From the NCBI GenBank assembly GCA_029004515.1, contig JAQVYH010000001.1:830-64829 (forward strand): a stretch of 64,000 bases of DNA, given 5' to 3'. A model generated the notes under the pieces. It ran no database searches. It saw nothing but the letters and a program-made list of their open reading frames with translations, and had not been told where the DNA came from. Below are positions 14,035-22,598 of the stretch, piece by piece (position 1 is the stretch's first letter; the number at the start of each line of letters is the position of its first letter). Origin of the DNA: Eubacteriales bacterium (GTDB lineage Bacteria; Bacillota; Clostridia; Monoglobales; UMGS1388). Made by a program: the position numbers and the translations under genes.

Positions 14035-14805
14035 TCACTTTTTCTCGTTTTTCTTTATTACTTCTCTTGCAAGCTGCATATAGCACTCGGCGCCTTTACT
14101 TGTAACATCATACTTAATTATAGGAAGTCCATAGCTAGGAGCCTCGGAAAGACGCACGTTTCTAGGTATCATTGTCTTATATACAAGCCTTGGAAAGTAT
14201 TTTTTCACTTCTTCAGCTACCTGCAGTGAGAGATTTGTACGAGAATCAAACATTGTGAGTAAAACTCCCTCAAATTCTATGTCAGGATTGAGTGATTGTT
14301 TTATTCTTCTGATGGTATCAGTAAGAAAAGCAAGTCCTTCAAGCGCATAATACTCGCATTGAATAGGTACGAGTACGGAATTACAGCAGACAAAGGTGTT
14401 TATTGTTAAAAGATTAAGGCTTGGAGGACAATCTATAATAATATAGTCGAAGTCTTTCTCAATGAAGCTTATCGCTGTTTTGAGAATATATTCCCTGTCT
14501 TTTACTGAAACAAGCTCTATTTCTGCTCCTGTAAGGTCACGAGAGGATGGAGAGACGGTTAAATTATCACAAGCACTATCACAGTACGTGTCCTTGATGT
14601 TTTTATTTCCCATAAGCACATCATATATCGTACATGTAATCTGTTCTTCGTCAACACCCGCACCACTAGTGGCATTTCCCTGTGGGTCAAGGTCTATTAG
14701 CAATACTTTTTTCTTTTTTTCCGCAAGGCAGGCACTAAGGTTAACAGCAGTTGTTGTTTTGCCTACGCCACCTTTTTGGTTTGCTACAGCTATAATTTTT
14801 GCCAT
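14035..14805 (-). CDS. soj: Chromosome partitioning ATPase ParA/Soj
   Basis: MAKIIAVANQKGGVGKTTTAVNL is a deviant Walker A. The ORF extends to 14853, but the conserved N-terminus begins at the ATG at 14805, so the start is uncertain by up to 16 codons. Confidence 0.93.
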   Translation of the reverse strand: MAKIIAVANQKGGVGKTTTAVNLSACLAEKKKKVLLIDLDPQGNATSGAGVDEEQITCTIYDVLMGNKNIKDTYCDSACDNLTVSPSSRDLTGAEIELVSVKDREYILKTAISFIEKDFDYIIIDCPPSLNLLTINTFVCCNSVLVPIQCEYYALEGLAFLTDTIRRIKQSLNPDIEFEGVLLTMFDSRTNLSLQVAEEVKKYFPRLVYKTMIPRNVRLSEAPSYGLPIIKYDVTSKGAECYMQLAREVIKKNEKK

Positions 14806-14876
14806 TGTGCAAATCATTCCCTTCGTTACTCGATTATAACACAAATAATACAATAATTCAATACTGACGCGTAAAA

Positions 14877-14892
14877 TGTTTCACATGAAACA
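14877..14892. promoter_or_regulatory. parS centromere-like site 1 (one mismatch)
   Basis: TGTTTCACATGAAACA versus the Firmicute parS consensus TGTTNCACGTGAAACA. Confidence 0.8.
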
Positions 14893-14913
14893 TTAATTTT
14901 CACAACAACCATA

Positions 14914-14929
14914 TGTTTCACGTGAAACA
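14914..14929. promoter_or_regulatory. parS centromere-like site 2 (perfect)
   Basis: TGTTTCACGTGAAACA, a perfect 16-bp palindrome matching the parS consensus. Confidence 0.9.
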
Positions 14930-14951
14930 GTAATTTTCACAAGTAATCATA

Positions 14952-14967
14952 TGTTTCACGTGATACA
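14952..14967. promoter_or_regulatory. parS centromere-like site 3 (one mismatch)
   Basis: TGTTTCACGTGATACA. Confidence 0.8.
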
Positions 14968-14975
14968 CTAAAATA

Positions 14976-15010
14976 TACAAAAAAAGAGATGTTTCACGTG
15001 AAACATCTCT
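14976..15010 (-). terminator. Rho-independent terminator of the minus-strand cell-wall operon (stem contains parS 4)
   Basis: On the minus strand AGAGATGTTTCAC/GTGAAACATCTCT (14985-15010) is followed by TTTTTTTGT. It starts 6 nt beyond the stop of the 15016-15825 CDS. Confidence 0.75.
14990..15005. promoter_or_regulatory. parS centromere-like site 4 (perfect), embedded in a terminator stem
   Basis: TGTTTCACGTGAAACA lies inside the extended palindrome AGAGATGTTTCACGTGAAACATCTCT. Confidence 0.9.
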
Positions 15011-15015
15011 TTTGC

Positions 15016-15825
15016 CTAGTTATACCAGCCTTCCAGTTCTCTTTCAGTTTGTACATTAATATAATTAATGACATTTTCACTGGTGTATGTACCAAATATT
15101 GTCAATCTCTTGAGCTCGGTTATCGGTGTGTCCTTTGTGTTAACGCCGACATCGCCTACCTTACAACTTAAGGTGTATCCTGCTTCTAGTGCTTGTTGTT
15201 GATTTTCTTCTGTAAACAATCCATAAGGGAATGCAAGAAGTTTGCAATTGAATCCGAGATTTGTGTCAATCAAATACTTAGAGAGCCTTAAGTCTAAATT
15301 TGCTTTTTCACTTGAATACTGAGAAACATCATTGTGATAATATGTATGTGAGCCTATTTCAATCAGCCCGCTATTAATCATCGTTCTTGCCTGGTCCCAA
15401 GTAAAGTGAGCATAGTTTACTTCCGGATATTGCTTGCCTACAGTAGATGCTACGATAAATATGGTAGCTTTCATTCTGTATTTTAATAGTATTGGATATG
15501 CTTTAGTATAATTAGAAAGATATCCATCATCAAATGCGATGATTATCGGCTTTTCCGGGAGTTTGGCATTATTAAATTTAAAATCCATATATTCCTGAAA
15601 GCTTATGGTTGTATAGCCATGCTTTAATAATGCTTGCATATGTTCTTCAAATAATTTTGAAGTTATCGCAAGGTTACTGATTTCATCAGGATAATTTTCC
15701 TCAATTGCGTGATATAGTATAATAGGCACGGTCACCTGATTAGTATCAATCTCTTCTGCAAATACAGATATAGTTGGCATCAGCAAAATCGCAGATAATA
15801 GTAGGGTTAGAAGCTTTTTTATCAT
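15016..15825 (-). CDS. Secreted polysaccharide deacetylase (NodB homology domain)
   Basis: Signal peptide MIKKLLTLLLSAILLMPTISVFA. NodB-type motifs IIAFDDGYLSNY, ATIFIV and IGSHTYYH. Confidence 0.85.
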   Translation of the reverse strand: MIKKLLTLLLSAILLMPTISVFAEEIDTNQVTVPIILYHAIEENYPDEISNLAITSKLFEEHMQALLKHGYTTISFQEYMDFKFNNAKLPEKPIIIAFDDGYLSNYTKAYPILLKYRMKATIFIVASTVGKQYPEVNYAHFTWDQARTMINSGLIEIGSHTYYHNDVSQYSSEKANLDLRLSKYLIDTNLGFNCKLLAFPYGLFTEENQQQALEAGYTLSCKVGDVGVNTKDTPITELKRLTIFGTYTSENVINYINVQTERELEGWYN

Positions 15826-16544
15826 ATACCCTCAGCCTCCTCACTAGGAGCAGCTGTTACTTCATTATAGACAGCTTTTTCATTTTCTATAACAGAATCA
15901 ATCATTCTCTTTAGCATTACGCATGATTCTGCTCTTGTGGAGTTAGCCTTAGGACGAAGTGTTCCATCAGGATTCCCTGCAACAATACCATTAGCTGACA
16001 TATAATCAATAGAGGCTTTGTAATCTGGATTGATAGCATCTTCGTCTGTGAAGGTAATACTTGTACCTTTATTTGTTAACGATATTTCGGCAAAAGATAT
16101 CGCTCTTTTTGATATTTCGAACATTTCTTCTCTTGTAATATATTCATTAGGATTAAAATAGCCATTTTCATCAATTGTAGCTATGTTATATTCAAGAGCT
16201 GTAGAAACATAAGGAAAATACCAATCTGTGTCAGTATTGTCGATAAGTCTGACTGCTGCCTTAGGATTAAATATACCAAAGGATGATATTACGATCTTTA
16301 CAAATTCCGCTTTGGTTATATTATTATCTGGACGAAATGTTCCGTCTTCAAAGCCTTTAACAATACCCTTTGATACGAGAAAGTCCACAGATGGAGCTGC
16401 CCATGTAATACCGCTCATATCGGAAAAGGTCCAAGGGGCGTTTATATGATTGATATACTTATCAACCAAATCAGCTGTATTATCTGCATATGCAGTTGTA
16501 AATAGTGTAGTTGCCGCAACCATCGCTGCAATAATTCGTTTCAT
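15822..16544 (-). CDS. Secreted SLH-domain protein
   Basis: Signal peptide MKRIIAAMVAATTLFTTAYA. SLH repeats FSDMSGITWAAPSVDFLVSKGIVKGFEDGTFRPDNNITKAEFVKIV and FTDEDAINPDYKASIDYMSANGIVAGNPDGTLRPKANSTRAESCVML. There is a 4-nt overlap with the deacetylase gene. Confidence 0.82.
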   Translation of the reverse strand: MKRIIAAMVAATTLFTTAYADNTADLVDKYINHINAPWTFSDMSGITWAAPSVDFLVSKGIVKGFEDGTFRPDNNITKAEFVKIVISSFGIFNPKAAVRLIDNTDTDWYFPYVSTALEYNIATIDENGYFNPNEYITREEMFEISKRAISFAEISLTNKGTSITFTDEDAINPDYKASIDYMSANGIVAGNPDGTLRPKANSTRAESCVMLKRMIDSVIENEKAVYNEVTAAPSEEAEGI

Positions 16545-16561
16545 ATGTATCTCCTGTTATA

Positions 16562-17104
16562 TCAGTTTAGTTCAACCGGTGCATCAGAGATTCCTGTGTT
16601 TACAGGGTCGTCCTTTGGAACAACGCCATCAAATGCGGAATCCTCTTTTACCTCGGATTTGTTACTTTCTTTATTTGTTACTTTATTTGTTGCTTTATTT
16701 GTTTCTTTATTTGTATCTTTTGAAGAATCTGTTTTGTCTTCGCTCTTAACTTCAGCTTTATCCTCAACTGCTTCAGATGAGAGTGGCTGTCCACTACCCG
16801 GTGTTATTGTACCACCTGTATATTTACTTGGTACATCTTCGCTGTTAAAATCATCAACTGTTTCGTATTTTGAAAGGCGTTTCTCTAGGAATTCGATTCT
16901 TTCCTTTAAATCCTCATTTTCTTGTGACAAATCAGATGATCCAACAGGCATTGTAGAGTGAGTCATAAGCATATATGAAAGCAGGAAAGACAATATGAAC
17001 AGACCCAAAGAACCAAAAACAATCCCCAAAATCATCTTTGGCTTTATTTTCATTCTTTTTTTCTTTTTGTTTAGAGTGTCATTGTTATATTCATTATATG
17101 CCAT
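16562..17104 (-). CDS. Hypothetical membrane-anchored protein with a coiled-coil segment and (T/E/A/V)NK repeats
   Basis: N-terminal TM MILGIVFGSLGLFILSFLLSYML, then ENEDLKERIEFLEKRLSKYE and a low-complexity KDTNKETNKATNKVTNKESNK tail. It is the first gene of the minus-strand operon. I recognise no family. Confidence 0.6.
   Translation of the reverse strand: MAYNEYNNDTLNKKKKRMKIKPKMILGIVFGSLGLFILSFLLSYMLMTHSTMPVGSSDLSQENEDLKERIEFLEKRLSKYETVDDFNSEDVPSKYTGGTITPGSGQPLSSEAVEDKAEVKSEDKTDSSKDTNKETNKATNKVTNKESNKSEVKEDSAFDGVVPKDDPVNTGISDAPVELN
16669..16716. repeat. Four tandem 12-bp repeats (CTTTATTTGTTN) inside the 16562-17104 CDS
   Basis: CTTTATTTGTTA / CTTTATTTGTTG / CTTTATTTGTTT / CTTTATTTGTAT encode the xTNK repeats on the minus strand. 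Confidence 0.85.
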
Positions 17105-17297
17105 ATTTCATACCTCCGTACGATAGATATATTTATACAAAATAAGTATAGCATACTGAAACACTATAGACAACAGTTTGCTCTCTTTTGTCATACATAC
17201 TTATTATACGACATTAACAAACACATTTCAACTGAGAAAATTAGGGTTTTTTGTAAGAATTTTTGTTACGATTATGTTACCGATTTTCTCTATGAAA

Positions 17298-17306
17298 TGA
17301 TATAAT
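17298..17306 (+). promoter_or_regulatory. Candidate extended -10 promoter element for the noc-like gene
   Basis: TGATATAAT (TGnTATAAT) lies about 70 nt upstream of the ATG at 17379. No good -35 was seen. Confidence 0.4.
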
Positions 17307-17378
17307 ATTTATATACTAAACTTGTCCCGATTTATTATTTACATATATTATAGTATATATACACAAAGGAGAGATAAT

Positions 17379-18179
17379 ATGATAACTTTATTTAAAGGTG
17401 ATAAAAAAGAGCGTATAACAGATGTGCCCGTAGAGCAGATAAGACCTAATCCTCATCAACCAAGAAAAGTTTTCAGTAACGAAAGCCTTGTTGAGCTTGC
17501 TCAGTCTATTTCAAGATATGGACTTATCCAGCCTATAACTCTTCGGGAGGTATATGAGGGATATGAACTTATCGCTGGGGAAAGGCGACTTCGTGCCTGC
17601 AGAATGCTCGGCATGAGGGAAGTGAGAAGTATAATAATAGAAGCAACAAGCAGTGATAGTGCGGCTATTGCTCTTATAGAAAATCTTCAAAGAGAAAATC
17701 TGGATTATCTGGATGAGGCTGATGCATATGCAAATCTACTAGCTGATTTTGGTATAACACAGGACGAGCTTGCAACAAGAGTCGGGAAAACTCAAGCTAC
17801 AATAGCTAATAAAATCCGTATACTTCGCCTTGAGCCCTCAGTTAAAAAAGTATTAAGAGAATACGACCTTACAGAGCGTCATGCAAGAGCTCTTTTAAGA
17901 TTAGAAACAGAGGAATTGCGATTAAAAGCTCTTGGAAGAATTGTAAAAGCATCTCTTAATGTTAAGCAAACCGAGGAATATATAACAGGTATGCTAGAGC
18001 CAAAGGATGAAAAAACCCCTGAAAGACCGCAGGCAAAGCGAGTTTTCAAGGATTTAAGAGTTTTTTCAAATACTATTAACCGAGCTGTTGACCTTATGAA
18101 ACAATCGGGAATAAACGCCAATTATCAAAAGGTCGATGGGGATAATTATATTGAATATATTGTTAGGATTGCAAAATAA
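17379..18179 (+). CDS. noc: ParB-family nucleoid-occlusion-like protein (Noc-like)
   Basis: AAGGAGAG RBS (17366-17373) sits before the ATG at 17379; the track ORF starts earlier at a TTG. ParB box QIRPNPHQPRKVF...YGLIQPITL...LIAGERRLRACR, HTH ITQDELATRVGKTQATIANKIRIL, and a C-terminal KDLRVFSNTINRAVDLMKQSGINANYQKVDGDNYIEYIVRI that resembles the Noc C-terminus rather than Spo0J. Confidence 0.78.
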   Translation: MITLFKGDKKERITDVPVEQIRPNPHQPRKVFSNESLVELAQSISRYGLIQPITLREVYEGYELIAGERRLRACRMLGMREVRSIIIEATSSDSAAIALIENLQRENLDYLDEADAYANLLADFGITQDELATRVGKTQATIANKIRILRLEPSVKKVLREYDLTERHARALLRLETEELRLKALGRIVKASLNVKQTEEYITGMLEPKDEKTPERPQAKRVFKDLRVFSNTINRAVDLMKQSGINANYQKVDGDNYIEYIVRIAK

Positions 18180-19427
18180 TCAGCGTATCTGTCCATCACC
18201 GAAGATAATATATTTAACAGTTGTGAGCTCGCTTAGTCCCATTGGACCTCTTGCGTGCATCTTCTGGGTGCTGATACCAATTTCTGCGCCAAATCCGAAT
18301 TCAAATCCATCAGTAAAACGAGTTGATGCGTTAACATAAACAGCCGCAGAATCGATTTCTCTGTGAAATTTCATTGCGTTATGATGGTTGTTTGTGATAA
18401 TTGCTTCAGAGTGCTTGGTGCTGTGGGTATTGATGTGGTTTATTGCTTCATCAACATCAGAAACAACCTTAACCCCGATTATATAGTCAAGATATTCTCT
18501 GTCCCATTCTTCATCAGTTGCAAGTTCACCTGATTTAATAATTTCAAGTGCCTCGCTATCACATCGAAGGGTTACGCCCTTTTCCTGAAGAGCATTAGCT
18601 AATACAGGGAGAAAATCCTCTGCAATACTGCGGTCAATAAGGAGTTTTTCTGCCGCATTGCAAACGGATGGTCTGCTTGTTTTTGCGTTAATAAGGATGT
18701 TTGTAGCCATTTCAATGTCGGCTGATTCATTGATATAAATGTGACAGTTACCAACCCCTGTTTCAATTACAGGAACAGTTGCGTTTTCTGTAACTGCACG
18801 GATAAGTCCTGCGCCGCCTCGTGGGATAAGCAGGTCAAGATATTCTTTAAGTTGCATCAGTTCTGTTGCAGTCTGTCTCGATGTGTCCTCTACAAGTTGA
18901 ATACAACCTATTGGAACGCCACATTCAACAAGGGCTTTTTGCATAACAGAGACTAAAATCTTATTAGAATTTATGGCTTCTGAACCACCACGAAGAATAA
19001 CCGCATTGCCTGATTTAAGACAAAGAGCAGCGGCATCTGCTGTAACATTAGGTCTTGCCTCGAAAATAATACCAATTACACCAATAGGTACTCGTGTTTT
19101 GCCAATCAAGAGACCGTTTGGTCTTTTGGTCATATTTATAACTTCACCAACCGGATCATCAAGGGTTGCAACCTGTTTTATACCCTCAGCAATACCTGAA
19201 ATGGTATCCTCTGTAAGTGCAAGACGGTTAAGCATAACTTCTGATGTTCCTTTGCTTCTTGCATTGTCAACATCAATTTTATTTTCAGCAATAATAACAG
19301 AGGCGTTTTCCACAAGCATATCCGCTATTTTGTGGAGAACCTCGTTCTTTTTTTGCGTGGAAAGAGATGCCAATATGTAGGAGGCTTGTTTTGCGTTATA
19401 TCCCTTTTCTTTTAATTCGATATTCAT
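18180..19427 (-). CDS. proA: Gamma-glutamyl phosphate reductase
   Basis: 415 aa, aldehyde-dehydrogenase-like, with IPRGGAGLIR, ETGVGNCHIYI, VCNAAEKLL and NASTRFTDG motifs. It lies downstream of proB. Confidence 0.95.
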   Translation of the reverse strand: MNIELKEKGYNAKQASYILASLSTQKKNEVLHKIADMLVENASVIIAENKIDVDNARSKGTSEVMLNRLALTEDTISGIAEGIKQVATLDDPVGEVINMTKRPNGLLIGKTRVPIGVIGIIFEARPNVTADAAALCLKSGNAVILRGGSEAINSNKILVSVMQKALVECGVPIGCIQLVEDTSRQTATELMQLKEYLDLLIPRGGAGLIRAVTENATVPVIETGVGNCHIYINESADIEMATNILINAKTSRPSVCNAAEKLLIDRSIAEDFLPVLANALQEKGVTLRCDSEALEIIKSGELATDEEWDREYLDYIIGVKVVSDVDEAINHINTHSTKHSEAIITNNHHNAMKFHREIDSAAVYVNASTRFTDGFEFGFGAEIGISTQKMHARGPMGLSELTTVKYIIFGDGQIR

Positions 19428-19441
19428 AGTTAATCCATCCT

Positions 19442-20221
19442 TTATTGCTTTTTAAATAATGTTCCGGGCTGTTTCCCATCGAAGATATCATAGAGTATAA
19501 CCGGGTTTGAACCATTTATTATAAGCATATCACAGGTCTGTGTAGCAATTTCCGCTGCCATGATCTTGGTTTTCATTCCGCCTGTGCCAAATGCAGAGCC
19601 TTCACTACCTGCCATCTGTCTGATTTCATCGTCAATCTTTTCTACAACGGGGATTCTCTGTGCATCAGGATACGCTTGTGGATTCTTATTATACAATCCA
19701 TCAATATCCGTCATGATAATAAGCAGGTCCGCATTGCAAAGTGTTGCAACATATGCAGAAAGAGTATCATTGTCGCCAAATTCCAATTCATATGTTGAAA
19801 TGGCGTCATTTTCGTTGATAATGGGAATGATTCCATGTTCTAAAAGAACATCCAGAGTGTTGATAGTGTTGTTTTTCATTTCCTCCACATCAAGGACTAT
19901 TTTAGTAAGAAGGAGCTGCGCTACATTCTTGCCATACTGGGAGAAATATGTCTTATAAATATTCATAAGTTCGCTCTGACCAATTGCCGCAGCTGCCTGT
20001 CTTTCTTTCATACAGGTTGGGCGGCTTTTAAGTGCAAGCTTTGGTGTGCCGATGCCTACCGCACCGCTGGATACGAGAATTAATTCCTTACCCATATTGT
20101 GCAAATCTGCAAGGACATTTACAAGAGCAGTTACCTTTCTTAAATTAAGCATACCAGTAGAATGTGTAAGTGAGGATGTTCCTACCTTCACTACAATTCT
20201 GTTCGCGTTTTCTATATTCAT
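19442..20221 (-). CDS. proB: Glutamate 5-kinase (short form without a PUA domain)
   Basis: MNIENANRIVVKVGTSSLT, LVSSGAVGIG, FGDNDTLSA and GTGGMKTK motifs. The ORF extends to a TTG at 20245, but the ATG at 20221 gives the canonical N-terminus. Confidence 0.92.
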   Translation of the reverse strand: MNIENANRIVVKVGTSSLTHSTGMLNLRKVTALVNVLADLHNMGKELILVSSGAVGIGTPKLALKSRPTCMKERQAAAAIGQSELMNIYKTYFSQYGKNVAQLLLTKIVLDVEEMKNNTINTLDVLLEHGIIPIINENDAISTYELEFGDNDTLSAYVATLCNADLLIIMTDIDGLYNKNPQAYPDAQRIPVVEKIDDEIRQMAGSEGSAFGTGGMKTKIMAAEIATQTCDMLIINGSNPVILYDIFDGKQPGTLFKKQ

Positions 20222-20282
20222 AGGACTATACACCAACTCTTTCAAAATTATAGACCTACTTTATCACAAAACAAATAAATAA

Positions 20283-21860
20283 TCAATACAAGTAGCTAAT
20301 TTCTTCTGCAATCTTCTTAAAAATCGGTCCTGCCCCACTTCCGCCCCACTTTCCGTTCTCACACAATACTACGCAGGCGTACTGTGGATTTTCTCTGGGG
20401 AATACACCTGCAAACCAACCATGTGTCATACTTTCCCCATTCTCTTGCCAGCCTGATTCTGCACTGCCAGTTTTTCCTGCGATAGTAATTTTGTCGCTTT
20501 TAGCAGGTGTGCCTGTGCCATTTGTAACAACTTTCTCCATTAGGGATAATAACGTGTTTGTGGTTTCTTTTGAGAACACGCCCATCTCGGTTGGCCGGGG
20601 TGATTGGGTGAAGGTTATACCGTCTGATTTAAGCTTTCCGTCAATTAATATAAGGGGCTTTTTTATACCCTCGTTGCCTACTATTTGTAGAAGCTGTGCG
20701 ATTTGAATTGGTGTTCCTGTCATATTTCCCTGACCTATCGAAAGGTTCGCCAAAGCCTGTGGAGAATCTGCGGTATCGGGTAGGTTTCCTTTTGATTCAT
20801 CTAGCGCTAAGTCTATTATTGCGTTGCCAAAGCCTATCCTTTGTGCATAATCTTTGATTTTATCCCAACCAAGCTGTTGTCCCAAGGAGTAAAATGGAAT
20901 ATTGCAAGATAGCGCAAAGCCCTCTTCTAAACTAGTCTGTCCGTGTCCCTCTTTGTTGTTGCAATAAAAATCCTTTCCATCAATATCTATATGCCCATTA
21001 CAAACAAAAGTATCACTTGGGTTTACAATGCCCTCCTCAAGGGCAATAGCCGTAATAAGGATTTTAAAAACAGAGCCCATGTCATAGGAAGATAAGCTTC
21101 TGTTTAATAGCTGACCACCTTCTTTATTAAAAAATGCTACGGGATTATCCTGTGAATACGCTGGTCTGCTTGCCATTGCAAGGATTTCGCCTGTTTCTAT
21201 GTCCGTTACAATTACCGCTCCTCTTGGCAAATCACTATCCATAATCTCTTCACATATCTTTTGAATGTGCATATCTACTGTAAGCCTAACCCCGCTCAGG
21301 TCAATGGCGTTGGGGTTATAATATCCCTGTGTGGCTAGATTGGCGTTTTTTGCATCGGCAGTAGTAAATATTTTTTGCTTATTATTAGTGATAAGCGAGT
21401 TATCAAGGGCTTTCTCTAGACCGCTTCCGTTTGTATATCCTCCATAACCGATCAGATGGCAAAACAGGTTGTTTTTAAAGTACCTTTCCGGAATAGTGAG
21501 CTGGGTAACTCCTTTTATTGACATAAGCTCAGTTTGGAGTCTTTTATTTTGAGGCATAGGGACGATCTCGACCCCACTATTTGGCATATCGAGACCAGTG
21601 ATGCGTCGAACTTTCTCTAAGTTGTCGCACTTATCGCATAGAATAACCGCATATGAGTCACAGGTGGATTCCGTAAGAGGAATCATATTACGGTCATATA
21701 GTATTTTCCTTGCGTTTTTAATATCAGTTTCCTTTACAAACTGGCTAACCACTGCTTTTGAATATTCACTATGATTTATTATAGATACATGGAAAAGCCT
21801 TGCCATAAGAAAAAGTAGTGACAGGGCAAATATGACAGATAAATACCTGATTCTATTCAT
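20283..21860 (-). CDS. Class B penicillin-binding protein (FtsI/SpoVD/PBP2-type transpeptidase)
   Basis: N-terminal TM anchor, then SxxK (GSVFK), SxN (SCN) and KTG (GKTGSAE) active-site motifs in the right order and spacing. Confidence 0.9.
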   Translation of the reverse strand: MNRIRYLSVIFALSLLFLMARLFHVSIINHSEYSKAVVSQFVKETDIKNARKILYDRNMIPLTESTCDSYAVILCDKCDNLEKVRRITGLDMPNSGVEIVPMPQNKRLQTELMSIKGVTQLTIPERYFKNNLFCHLIGYGGYTNGSGLEKALDNSLITNNKQKIFTTADAKNANLATQGYYNPNAIDLSGVRLTVDMHIQKICEEIMDSDLPRGAVIVTDIETGEILAMASRPAYSQDNPVAFFNKEGGQLLNRSLSSYDMGSVFKILITAIALEEGIVNPSDTFVCNGHIDIDGKDFYCNNKEGHGQTSLEEGFALSCNIPFYSLGQQLGWDKIKDYAQRIGFGNAIIDLALDESKGNLPDTADSPQALANLSIGQGNMTGTPIQIAQLLQIVGNEGIKKPLILIDGKLKSDGITFTQSPRPTEMGVFSKETTNTLLSLMEKVVTNGTGTPAKSDKITIAGKTGSAESGWQENGESMTHGWFAGVFPRENPQYACVVLCENGKWGGSGAGPIFKKIAEEISYLY

Positions 21861-22027
21861 AAAAGATGCTCCAATAGAGTAATAGATTTTATGAATATTA
21901 TGTACCTTTTAAACAAAATTAAACAAGAGTCTTGAAAAATGTGGAAACCAAGGGTATAATAATACAATCGATAATTATATAAATTCGTCGAGAAAACAAC
22001 TCAAAATCAAAAAGGGAGGTAACAAAA

Positions 22028-22579
22028 ATGTCAGAACAAATTTCTCAAATATCTGATCGTATCAGAGAACTAAGAGAGATAAGCGAATACACCATAAGTG
22101 ATGTGGCTGCAAAACTAGGTGTTTCTGTCGAAACCTATGAAAGCTACGAGTCAGAAGATGCAGATATTCCAATTAGTGTGTTGTATGCCGTCGCCAACCT
22201 TTTCGGCGTCGATATGGCTGAGTTACTTACCGGTTTATCTCCAAAGCTTGATTCTTATTATGTTTCAAGATCAGGTAAAAGAAAAAGTATAGACCGTTAC
22301 CCTGGATATAAATTCTGGGATCTTGCAGGGAATTTCCAGCGCAAGATTATGGAACCACTTCTTGTAGAGGTTGATCCAGAAGAGGGTATAACAAAACTCG
22401 TAACTCATTCAGGTCAGGAATTTAACTATGTTATTGAAGGCGTCGTTAAGGTCGTTATTAAGGATAAAGAAATATTGCTTGAAGCGGGAGATAGCATATA
22501 TTTTGATCCAATGCTTCCTCACGGACAACAGGCAATGAACGGCAAAAAGGCTAAGTTTATTACTATTATTTCAGAATGA
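22028..22579 (+). CDS. XRE-family HTH transcriptional regulator with a C-terminal cupin domain
   Basis: HTH RIRELREISEYTISDVAAKLGVSVETYESYE, and a cupin signature HSGQEFNYVIEG...GDSIYFDPMLPH. GGGAGG RBS. Confidence 0.85.
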   Translation: MSEQISQISDRIRELREISEYTISDVAAKLGVSVETYESYESEDADIPISVLYAVANLFGVDMAELLTGLSPKLDSYYVSRSGKRKSIDRYPGYKFWDLAGNFQRKIMEPLLVEVDPEEGITKLVTHSGQEFNYVIEGVVKVVIKDKEILLEAGDSIYFDPMLPHGQQAMNGKKAKFITIISE

Positions 22580-22598
22580 TAAGGGGTTACAATATAAT

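Noticed and set aside
14877-15005. Regularly spaced 16-bp palindromic repeats that resemble a mini CRISPR array.
   Set aside because: There are only four units. The repeats match the parS consensus exactly, the spacers between units 1 and 2 are themselves similar, no cas genes are nearby, and the array sits next to soj-spo0J.
16450-16961. Plus-strand ORFs 16450-16749 and 16545-16961 with leucine-rich and tyrosine-rich repeats.
   Set aside because: They are antisense to the 16562-17104 gene and to the start of the SLH gene. Their repeats mirror the 12-bp tandem repeat. The minus-strand gene has a TM anchor and sits in an operon, so it is the better model.
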